Assembly (NCBI GenBank): GCA_964234715.1
Contig: OZ174290.1
Strand: one strand, 5' to 3'
DNA from: Podarcis melisellensis
Lineage: Eukaryota
DNA length: 64,000 nt
Position numbers and translations under genes: made by a program. Shown one piece after another: positions 34,680-44,870 of the stretch. The notes below the pieces were generated by a model, which ran no database searches, was not told the origin of the DNA, and was given only the letters and a program-made list of their open reading frames with translations. Numbering within the stretch: the stretch's first letter is position 1; every line of letters starts with the position of its first letter.

Positions 34680-34860
34680 TGGTGTGGCGGGTGCTTCTTT
34701 TGCTTAGACCCCGGCAGATCCTGCCACATTCAGGCTCTCAAGTGTGAACTGTGGCAAGCAGGTCTGTGTAGGAGTAAATCACAGCAGGCAAGGGGAGGAG
34801 CAGGGCAGGGAGGAGGCTGCCCTGCTGAGCTCTCCACCCTATACATCATTTAAACCAGTC
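34680..34860 (-). promoter_or_regulatory. Candidate non-coding exon 1 and core promoter of TMEM45B-like
   Basis: Strong donor CCA|GTAAGT (34679); the first coding exon has an acceptor 14 nt before its ATG, so an upstream exon is required; TTTAAA near 34850 and GC-box-like tracts; no transcript evidence. Confidence 0.4.
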
Positions 34861-35814
34861 GGCACACATTTGTAATTGGATATGCCTTCTGGAAGCCAAG
34901 TGGTCAACTTCCCAGGAGGCTACAGGCACATTCCAGGCACACAGTCACCCCAGCCTTTTTGTTGTTGTTTAGATGACTTCCTCTAACATTTTACACACTA
35001 TGCAACAAGTCATAGCAGCACCCAAGTCCTGGAAAACAGGCATGGCTCCAATAAGGTTCTCACCTGCCCTTCCTCCTGCAATTTCCATCCCTCTCTGAGC
35101 TGCATCAAGCTGCTGTTTTCCTTCTCCCAGATGGGAATGTGTTCTGTGAGTGATTTTTCAGAATAGTGGAATAACAGGAAGAGCAGCAGCAATAATAATA
35201 ATAATCATCACACTGTATTCACTATCCTCTCCTGGTAGTTACCAATAAGAACAGGGATTCCCTCCCTAGCCACCCCACAGTAGTGGTTGTGATGGAGTCC
35301 CTCAATCTCAATTAGCAACCCCCATTGCTGGAAGTTCCTGTCCCCACTTGGCAAATGGCTGCCTGCATTCGCTTCAGTGCCATCAGATGATGCAGATAAT
35401 AAACCCAAGAGCCCAATTAATTGCTCTGATTCAAACGACTGCCTGGTATCCAAACCACGGGGAAATCTCTGCTTCCGGTTGTAACATTCTTCTGCTTTTT
35501 TGGCAGCGATCCTGCATCGCTAATGGCATTTTCCTCCTGCAGAGAAGGATGCGGTAGAGGTAGTTGTGTGAGCGCGTGTGCATTTAATTAAAGTTTTGTC
35601 AAGCAGCAGATTGAGGGGTTCTGTTGTTTGATGGCAATGACCATTATTAATCTGCACGATAATCCAGAGGGAGGCAGGGGACCTGTGCGTGGGCAGGGCT
35701 GGTTCTGAATCATATTATCCCGTCTTGCAAAACATCTTGCTTTGAAGTGGAGGAACCAGTAGGAAGGTAAGAGTTCGGTAGGAAGGTTAGGAGGAGGAGG
35801 AAAAACCTGCTAAG

Positions 35815-36584
35815 TGTCAGGAGCCAGAGTTAACTCTTTATTCAAAGAAACTCAAACAGCTCAGGCCTAGTGATCACAGCAACTCTTCCCAGTAGGTCTT
35901 GTCCCAACGAGGTAGTTGTGAGAATTGAAGGTCTCCACCTTCCCACCGGGACGCGGGTGGCGCTGTGGGTTAAACCACTGAGCCTAGGGCTTGCCGATCA
36001 GAAGGTCGGTGGTTCAAATCCCCACGACGGGGTGAGCTCCCGTTGCTCGGTCCCTGCTCCTGCCAACCTAGCAGTTCAAAAGCACGTCAAAAGTGAAAGT
36101 AGATAAATAGGTAGTGGGAAGGTAAATGGCGTTTCCGTGCGCTGCTCTGGTTCGCCAGAAGTGGCTTAGTCATGCTGGCCACAGGACCCGGAAGCTGTAC
36201 GCCAGCTCCCTTGGCCAATAAAGCGAGATGAGTGCCGCAACCCCAGAGTTGGCCAAGACTGCACCTAATGGTCAGGGGTCCCTTTACCTTCCCACCACTG
36301 TCTAAGGTTCCTCCCCTGGTTCGTTCCCTAACAGCCTAAGGCTGTGTCACCTTGCCTTCCTTTGCTCCGCCCTCTTCATACCTCTCTTGTTCCTGGGAGA
36401 CTAGGGGGAGGGGAGCTGGTCGCCGCAAGAGGGGGAGACCCCTTGGCTTCTTCATCGGCCTGACTCATCTCTGCCTCTTGCCGCCTCTTTTCTCCAGCTC
36501 CCGCTTCTGCCTCCAATTCTGGACTGCTCTCTTCCACAGCCTCTTCCTGCTCACTAAACCCTGTTGCTTCTCCAGCTTCTGACA
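35815..36584 (-). mobile_element. LTR-like element (TG...CA), interrupted by a Sauria SINE
   Basis: TGTCAGGA...TTCTGACA inverted ends; minus-strand AATAAA at 35837-42; no clear TSD. Confidence 0.5.
35948..36285 (+). mobile_element. Sauria SINE, full length
   Basis: 11-bp TSD ACCTTCCCACC at 35937-47 and 36286-96. Confidence 0.95.
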
Positions 36585-36616
36585 CAGTGGGGTGTGTGTG
36601 GGTAAGTCAGCACCCC

Positions 36617-37188
36617 TGTCCTGACTGTTAGGCTATAGTTCCATTCCATTCCACCATTCAACAGGCATGTGGAGTTGTTGTATGTCACGTCTGTTTACTT
36701 CCAGCACAGTCTGCTGGAAATGTCCATTGTATATAGCTTTTGCCTATGCTGCTGTTTTGCTTGGACACGAAGGGAAGCAGACATGTTTTTCTTTTGTCCT
36801 GATGCTGAATAAACACTTGTAAATATGCTTACATATGCCTCTGTCCGCTACTTCCGTTGCAAAGAGTTCTTATCTCTGCTGGCTTGTGTGCTCAGTCTCT
36901 AAAGGTCTCTGAGGCTTGAGTAGCAGTTTTTGATGCTGTTCCGAGAACCAGAGTTCGCCCGGCTGCCAGCCGGTGGGCTGGAGCCAGCTGGGGGGCCTGC
37001 CAATTGCCCCTGTCGGATGCATCCCAACACTGACACCTCTTTCTCCTCCCACTCTGCTCCCTCTTCTCCCTCTGAACACTCATAGTCGTCCCACCACCAA
37101 TCCCTTGGCTCTGAGCCTTCTTCTACTTGGGGGGTTTCTCCACCTGATGCCTCCCACCCCTCCTCTTCATCCAAGCCAGTATAGGACA
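36617..37188. mobile_element. LTR-like element (TG...CA)
   Basis: TGTCCTgACTG...CAGTatAGGACA imperfect inverted ends; internal AATAAA near 36808; no clear TSD. Confidence 0.5.
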
Positions 37189-38021
37189 CTGAGCTTGAAT
37201 ACTGCTAAGATGGAGGCGCTGTGGGTCTGTAGCTCCCACGTCCAAGAAATGGGTCAGTTGCCTACCCTGGATGGGGTTTCACGCCCCCTGAAGAAGCAGG
37301 TTCGCAGTTTGCGGGGGCTTCTTGGTACATCTCTGTGGCTGGAGTCTCAGTTGCTAGAAGTGCCTTTTATCAACTGCAGCTGATTCTACAGCTTCAGCCA
37401 TTCCTGGACCACGAAAACCTTGCCGCAGCAGTTCATACGTTGGTTACCTCAAGACTGGATTGCTGCAGTGTGCTCTGTGGGGGGCTTCCCTCCCACTTGA
37501 GCTGCAGTTGGTGCAGAATGCTGCAGTGCAATTGCTGACACTAGAGCTCAGTGGTCTGCGCTGTTTGTGCCAATTTGCTACCGGGCCAAGATCAAGGTTA
37601 TTACCGTTAATATAAAAAGCCTTTAGCAACTTGGGAACTAGTTTAACCTATGAGATCTCCTCATCCCACCTGTGCCCACTCGACCACTTGGATCCGTGGA
37701 ATGGCCACAGCTGCAGGTGCCACATAATCCTCTTTCCACATTTGTAAGAACTTTGTCATTCAGTGTGTCGGCACCTACGCTTTGGAACTCCCTGCCTCTT
37801 GATATAAGGCAGCTGCCTTCATGGTACTCTTTTTGGCACTAGCTAAAAGCGTTCTTGTTTAGACAAGCCTACCCAGATGCTTTGGGTAGGCAGCCCTGTT
37901 TAGGGAAGTTTTTAATGTTTGATGTTTTATCGGGTTTTCGGGTTTTTAATATTCTGTTGGGAGCCGCCTGGTGTGGCTGGGAAGACCCGGCCAGATGGGC
38001 GGGTTATAAGTAAATAATAAT

Positions 38022-38063
<42 letters not shown>
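37189..38063 (+). mobile_element. L2-type LINE 3' portion with (AAT)n tail
   Basis: Peptides LSLNTAKMEALWV and SAFYQLQLILQLQPFLD..VHTLVTSRLDCCSVL; ends gggcgggttataagtaaat(aat)n. Confidence 0.85.
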
Positions 38064-38066
<3 letters not shown>

Positions 38067-39706
38067 ATTTGAAAGCTGAGGTAATTTTAATCCATTTTTG
38101 CATTTTAACTTCTGCATGTTTTAAAGTCTGACTGTAATTTGTTTCTTTCTAATTTTATCCTTTTGTGAAACACTTTGAGAGTTCTCTTTTTTTAAAAATG
38201 AACAATCAAACTGTGTCTAAATGTTATGAAGTAAGTAAATAAATAAACCCCCATCATCACTCACCATTGGACATGCTGGCTGGGACTAATAGGAGTCCAA
38301 CAGCACCTGAGGAGGACACAGGTTCTCTGTCCCTGACCTATTTTGCATCCTGGTGGCTGCTTCTGGTGAGCTCAGAAGCAGGGTGCGAACAATGGTGATG
38401 CAGCCATTTATTCCCGCACACTCCCTTATTAATTGGAATCATAGAGCGTATCTGGGCTTATGATCATGAAAGAATCAGATTCTGTTTCCCTTTTAAGAAA
38501 AATTGTTTTAACCAGGAAAATGGATGCAGAGACTCAAAAGTGCAAGTTGTTTAAATAAAACAAGGTCCCCATCTGCAAGGTATATTTAAAACAGTCTCTT
38601 TTTACCACTTTACACAGACATGGCTTCCCCCAAAGAATCTACACTGGGAAGTTTAGTTCAGAGTTGTTAGGATATCCCTGTTCCCCCGCATAGAGCTACA
38701 ATTTACAGAGTAGTTTGTCAACCCCTCTTTCCAGGGAACACTGAGAACTGTATCTCTGAGAGGGAAGGAGGGGCTTCCCATCACCCATAACAAACTACAG
38801 TTCCCAGGATTCTTTGGTGGAAGCCCTGGCTGTTTAAAGCGGCATGGGTTATTATGGGTTGGAACTAAAACCCCACACTTTGGTTTTGAGGTTCCTTCCA
38901 TTTCCCTGTGTAGTTGTGTGTTAGCCTGTTTCTCAATAAACAGCCACTTGTTCTTTTTTTTTTTAAGAATATTTTTTTATTAACCGACCAATCACATCAA
39001 ATCAAACCAAATTACATAAATTCCAAATTACACAGCCGAATTTTAAATTTTTGTTGGGGGTACCCATATTTCAAGTTCCGAAGGGATCCAATCAACTTCT
39101 TGCTTCTTACTGCTGTTTTAATGTCCACAAATCTAACCTTATGATGTTCACAGTACTATCCAGTCGTTTCTTATTATTTTTCCACATCTCTTGTTGTTAT
39201 TTTCATATATTTTTCCTTTCTCTTTGTGACCTCTAATAGTCTCCGCAAGCTGGTTAGAACAGTTTGTAATCCTGCGTGGATATTTTTTTTAATATCCAGT
39301 AGCCACATCCAGACGTTTTCCATATAACATCACTTCCATACATCAAAACAGTCTTAGTGTCATTAATCTTCACCAATCTGCCTCCTTTCTCAAAACCTCT
39401 GAGGAGATTCACTAGGAATGCAGTCTGAAAACAAATCTGTTCTACTTCCCGGCTATAAATCCTTTGGCAAGATGGCGACTCCGAATTAATTACTGTGCCA
39501 TTCCCAAAAGCTCTTATTGCTTCTCGGTCTCCATAAAGCATACTTTTGGTTAAAGTTTATCTCCACACAGACCTTAATCATCCTGCTTAGGTCAGTTCAA
39601 CCAACGGTTCTAATGAGGAGGGGTTCTTGTAAATCACATAGAAGGAAAGTAAAAAAGGTCCTCCCCCCATTCAGCCACGTTGTCAACATACCCCACCTTT
39701 GCTGTA

Positions 39707-40563
39707 CAGTGGTACCTCGCAAGACGAAATAATTTGTTCCGCGAGTTTTTTCTTCTTGCGAGTTTTTTGTCTTGCGAAGCATGGTTTCCCATAGGAATGC
39801 ATTGAAAATCAATTAATGCGTTCCTATGGAAACTGCTTGCCGGGCTGGCGGTGCGGAGAAGGGCTTTTCTCCCCACCGCAAGCCTTCAGGACAGGTCCGG
39901 GAACAGAGGGGAAGGCGCGCTGCACTTCTCCTCTGTTCTCGGAGCTTGCGGTGAGGAGAAGGGCTTTCCTCCCCACCGCAACATTCAGAACAGCATTCTG
40001 AATGTTGGCGGTGGGAAGGAAAACCCTCCTCCCACCGCAAGTCTTCAGGACAGGCCCAGGAACAGAGGGGAAGGCGCATTGCGCTTCTCCTCTGTCCCCG
40101 GACCTGTTCTGAAGGCTGGCGGTCCACCGCCAGCCTTCAGAACAGCCATCCGAAGGCTGGCGGCGGGAGGAGGTCTCTCCGCCCCACCGCCAGCCTTCGG
40201 AGGAGCCTTCCGAAGGCTGGCGGGGGGTGAAGGTCTCTCCGCCCCACTGCCAGCCTTCGGAGGAGCCTTCTGAAGCCTGGCGGGGGGAGGAGGTCTCTCC
40301 GCCCCACCGCCAGCCTTCGGAGGAGCCTTCCGAAGCCTGGCGGGGGGAGGAGGTCCCTCCGCCAGCCTTCGGAGGAGGTCCGAGGACAGTGGGGAAGACG
40401 CGCTGCGCTTCCCTGCTGTCCCCGGAGATTTCCCTATGGGCTTTCGTCTTGCGAAGGAAGCCCATAGGGAAATTCGTCTGGCGAAGCACCTCGAAAAACG
40501 GAAAAAACTTTCTTCTTGCGAGTTTTCCGTCTTGCGAGGCATTTGTCTTGCGAGGTACCACTG
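39707..40563. mobile_element. Tc1/mariner non-autonomous element with internal GC-rich tandem repeats
   Basis: TA|CAGTGGTACCTCGCAAGAC ... GTCTTGCGAGGTACCACTG|TA. Confidence 0.92.
40112..40375. repeat. 60-bp GC-rich minisatellite of hairpin units inside the MITE
   Basis: gaaggctggcgg..ccgccagccttcggaggagccttcc repeated about 4 times at 60-nt period. Confidence 0.9.
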
Positions 40564-41904
40564 TAACTTCATCGTAAAATATTCCTGTTTCTCCAGCCCG
40601 TCGTCGTCTTTCGCAAAGGTCACTTAAATTAGCAGACTTCACTCCCCTTCTTCACTTGAAATATGTGCATTTGCTTCTTTTGTAATTAATTATTCCAAAT
40701 TGCTGCAACTAGTGCGTGATCAGAGACAGCATCCAGGAGAACCGAGGTCCACACGGGGGCATTCTGCCTAGGGCCCTCACCCCCTTCTTTCAAATTAGTG
40801 GGTGATTTATGGGCACAGCAGGCAAGGGCAGTGTTCCCCATTTCCTTGGGGCAACAAGGGAGGCTGCCTACTCCCATAACAGCCTCTTAATTACCCCGTG
40901 TGGGTCGGAGAGATGGTATTGTCGGCCATCTTCCAATGCTCCCCCTAGTGGCCCCCCATAAACAGCCACTTGTTCTGGGCTTATAAAATGAGCAGCCCTG
41001 CCTTATATTCAGTGGGGCTGGCCTGAAACATAAAAGCCCAGACAGATAGGGCTTTTTCTTTCTTTCTTTCTTGGTTGGGAACCCTTCTCTGATGAGGCCC
41101 CTCCAACGGTAGATTGTGTTGGAGAGAACCACTGAAGTCTTTTTCAGGAGAAAGATTAATGGTGTGGAAGGAGGAGGAACAGACCAGGAAGAAGACACAC
41201 AGACAGAGATGGACTGGTGTGTTCAGCTAAGATGAAGACCAAGACTGGAGAAGTATCTTGTATTGCGCCACATTCTCTACAGCTGCACTCAACCCATACA
41301 TTCAAAGCCCATGACTTCCCCCAAAGAATCCCAGGAACAGGTCATTTCTTGATGGTGCTGGGAATTGTAGCTCTGTGAAAGGGGAAACTAGAGTTCCGAG
41401 GCTGCACGGAGGAGATGTCATGCTCTTTCAATGTACTGCGTGGTACAGCAACCTATGTCTTTACTGAGGCTCTGCTGCCCTCTTTTGGTCCTGTATTTAT
41501 TTATTTTTTGCACTCAGAGAACCTTTTGAGTCGTATTCATCACATTAAAATAGCAATGCTTTTCAAAAGCAGAAACTGGAGCATGGGAGAGGCAGAAGGT
41601 CGATGTGACAGATCTCTGGGTTTTATGATAATAACAACAAAATTGCACACACATACCAAATTAGTACTAGTAACAAGAAGGAAGCTGTGCAGGTGAATGG
41701 CTTAGGTGTCGCCAGGAGTGGATTTTGTGTCTATGATGAGCTCATTTCAGCTCTGGTACACCAACCAAATTTCCCTGGCTCAGAATTTTTCAATCCTTAA
41801 GGGTACATCTTTCTCACCAGGCTCTGAATCGTGGATCTCAGGGTTCTAGTGAAAAACAAAGTAGATTATGTGAGCCTGATTAAAAAAAATAAAAAATCCC
41901 AGAG

Positions 41905-42030
41905 GGTGACTTCAATATCTGCACAGAGCCTGCTCTTGGGCCACCTCGAGACTTCATGGCCTCCATAGGTCTCTCTTGGGCGATCATCAGACCAACACAC
42001 CAGGCAGAGCACTCTATTGATTTGATCTTT
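41905..42030 (+). mobile_element. LINE (L2/CR1 clade) APE endonuclease remnant
   Basis: Translates GDFNICTEPALGPPRDFMASIGLSWAIIRPTHQAEHSIDLIF (GDFN..PTH..G.TLDL motif). Confidence 0.7.
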
Positions 42031-43495
42031 GCCCCACTGTAACTAAGTCAAGTTTTACAGCCTGTGCTTTCTGACTGATGTATGGAGAGGCACATGAACC
42101 TGACCTTTGAAGAGCTTGTAAGTAAACCAATTTTTAACTTACCAAACATGTGGCCTTTTAGGGAAAGAGGGGAACTTTGAAAGGAACTTGATAGAGCAAT
42201 TTTAAAGGTCTAACGGTCTGTATTTCCATGCTTTACTTTGCTGCATGTTTTGTGATTTTAAATCTCTGCTGGAGTTCTCTCACCAAAGAATACTTGCCAC
42301 AAACCTAGATCTTAGCATCCAGGAATTCTCATTTTATACTTTTTCCTTGCTGCCAACACCTTATGCTATATTATTCTGCTTAAAGATTGTTTCACTGCTT
42401 TTTAGTCTGTATTCAAGCCTGATAAAGAGCACTGAAATTCTTTCCACTAGTGTTGCTGTTGCTACCGACTCCAGAAGAACTCTTGCGTTTGGCAAAACAT
42501 TTATGTATTTATTGTAAGCCACAGCGATTAATTAGCAGGTGCTAGAATTGCAATGAGTTACAAACTGAAATTCAAAGGCATCTCATTGACGAAATGGATG
42601 ATGAGAATCTGGGATCTGCTGCTTGTGTGGAAACTTTGCAAATACTATTGCAATCGCTGAAGTTAGGTTGGGAAAGAAAAGCTTTGTTGAGTAATGGACC
42701 ATTTCTGTTATGCTTTAGAGCAGTACAGTGTCGGGTGAGGTTCTGTCTTGTGATTTACTGAGAACACTGTGAAACAGAACACATGAAACAGGGTTGTGAT
42801 GAGATAGAGAGGGCAGGATATGAACCTAGAAAGTTATTGCAACACATTTGAAAGGGCAGAAAACAATGATATAGTATTTATTTATTTATGTACGAACCCT
42901 TCACCATAAGAGCAACATCATAACCATACAGGTACCAAAAACTTAAAACGATTCTTTTGATGCCACTCACAATATAAGCAAGAGCACCAAACCCTCATGC
43001 TCATTTTCCCTAAGAAATTTGCGAATATGCAATTGCTGGTATTGAGATTAACACTAGAGGGGGCTTTGAATTCACAAATGCCTTCAGAAACCCCCAGAGG
43101 AGCTGAAAGGAGCTACTCCAGTCCATTTTTGAATGTGGCAAGGGAAGAGATCAAGGACTTTCTTCTGGAAAGCAACCTGGGAGGGGGAGGTGGACGACAA
43201 AGTCACCTAATTAGCACTCTTCGAAGCAATAGATGACGCGAAATCTTCCGAAATTTGCAGTTCCCTTTGAATGTTACGATGCAGTTCTCCAACTAATCGA
43301 TGTGCACAGAAATGCACACCTTGCTGTTGGAGTGTATCGGTCCTCTACCCGTGCTCAGCCTGTATATTTGTATATAAAATGCCACAGCCTCCTGTGGCTT
43401 CTTTCCACAGAAAATAAAACCTGGTCAAATGCTGTGCCTTGGGAAAGTCTCAACAGTAGGGAAAGAGGGAAGACTGTAACTCCTGTCTGTTGAAC

Positions 43496-43618
43496 TGGGA
43501 TAGCTCACTTGACAGAGCATGAGACTCTTAATCTCAGGGTTGTGGGTTTGAGCCCCACATTGTGCAAAAGATTCCCAATGGTCCCTGTGGTCCCCTCCAA
43601 CTTTACAATTCTATGGTT
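43496..43618 (+). mobile_element. tRNA(Lys)-derived SINE (Squam2-like)
   Basis: gggatagctca..agagcatgagactcttaatctcagggttgtgggtttgagcccca followed by CR1-like tail. Confidence 0.75.
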
Positions 43619-43676
43619 TTGATTGCCCTTGGTTGTTGTGCTCAATTCTTGATTTCAGGCTTCCTATATAGGTTAT

Positions 43677-44099
43677 TGTAGTGATGTATGGAAGTGAGAG
43701 CTGGACCATAAAGAAGGCTGATCGCCAAAGAATTGATGCTTTTGAATTATGGTGCCGGAGGAGACTCTTGAAAGTCCCATGGACTGCAAGAAGATCAAAC
43801 CTCTCCATTCTTAAGGAAATCAACCCTGAGTGCTCACTGGAAGGACAGATCCTGAAGCTGAGGCTCCAATACTTTGGCCACCTCATGAGAAGAGAAGACT
43901 CCCTGGAAAAGACCCTGATGCTGGGAAAGATGGAGGGCACAAGGAGAAGGGGATGACAGAAGACGAGATGGTTGGACAGTGTTCTCAAAGCTACCAGCAT
44001 GAGCCTGACCAAACTGCGGGAGGCGGTGGAAGATAGGAGTGCCTGGCGTGCTCTGGTCCATGGGGTCACGAAAAGTCAGACACGACTAAACGACTAAAC
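43677..44099 (+). mobile_element. RTE-BovB LINE 3' end
   Basis: MYGSESWTIKKADRQRIDAFELWCRRRLLKVPWTARRSNLSILKEINPECSLEGQILKLRLQYFGHLMRR..EKTLMLGK; 3' UTR gtccatggggtcacga..gacacgactaaacgactaaac. Confidence 0.95.
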
Positions 44100-44870
44100 N
44101 NNNNNNNNNNNNNNNNNNNNNNNNNNNNNNNNNNNNNNNNNNNNNNNNNNNNNNNNNNNNNNNNNNNNNNNNNNNNNNNNNNNNNNNNNNNNNNNNNNNN
44201 NNNNNNNNNNNNNNNNNNNNNNNNNNNNNNNNNNNNNNNNNNNNNNNNNNNNNNNNNNNNNNNNNNNNNNNNNNNNNNNNNNNNNNNNNNNNNNNNNNNN
44301 NNNNNNNNNNNNNNNNNNNNNNNNNNNNNNNNNNNNNNNNNNNNNNNNNNNNNNNNNNNNNNNNNNNNNNNNNNNNNNNNNNNNNNNNNNNNNNNNNNNN
44401 NNNNNNNNNNNNNNNNNNNNNNNNNNNNNNNNNNNNNNNNNNNNNNNNNNNNNNNNNNNNNNNNNNNNNNNNNNNNNNNNNNNNNNNNNNNNNNNNNNNN
44501 NNNNNNNNNNNNNNNNNNNNNNNNNNNNNNNNNNNNNNNNNNNNNNNNNNNNNNNNNNNNNNNNNNNNNNNNNNNNNNNNNNNNNNNNNNNNNNNNNNNN
44601 NNNNNNNNNNNNNNNNNNNNNNNNNNNNNNNNNNNNNNNNNNNNNNNNNNNNNNNNNNNNNNNNNNNNNNNNNNNNNNNNNNNNNNNNNNNNNNNNNNNN
44701 NNNNNNNNNNNNNNNNNNNNNNNNNNNNNNNNNNNNNNNNNNNNNNNNNNNNNNNNNNNNNNNNNNNNNNNNNNNNNNNNNNNNNNNNNNNNNNNNNNNN
44801 NNNNNNNNNNNNNNNNNNNNNNNNNNNNNNNNNNNNNNNNNNNNNNNNNNNNNNNNNNNNNNNNNNNNNN
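44100..44870. other. Assembly gap (771 N)
   Basis: N run directly after the BovB 3' end. Confidence 1.

Larger units (their letters stand above)
38955..40957 (-). mobile_element. Non-autonomous L1-like retroelement (about 1.14 kb without the nested MITE)
   Basis: 19-bp TSD ATAAACAGCCACTTGTTCT (38936-54, 40958-76); minus-strand 5' end GGGGGGCC..AAGATGGCCG (YY1 motif); 3' AATAAA plus poly(A); no recognisable ORF1/ORF2. Confidence 0.75.

Noticed and set aside
40112-40375. Regularly spaced palindromic repeats resembling a CRISPR array
   Set aside because: Eukaryotic DNA; the spacers are near-identical; the array is inside a TIR element; no cas genes
39824-40642. Long ORFs (272, 192 and 140 aa) with repeated peptides
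   Set aside because: Translations of the GC-rich minisatellite in a non-autonomous DNA transposon; no transposase motif
43496-43570. tRNA-Lys-like sequence (also near 30910 and 51600)
   Set aside because: Degenerate and fused to a SINE body and tail; SINE heads, not tRNA genes
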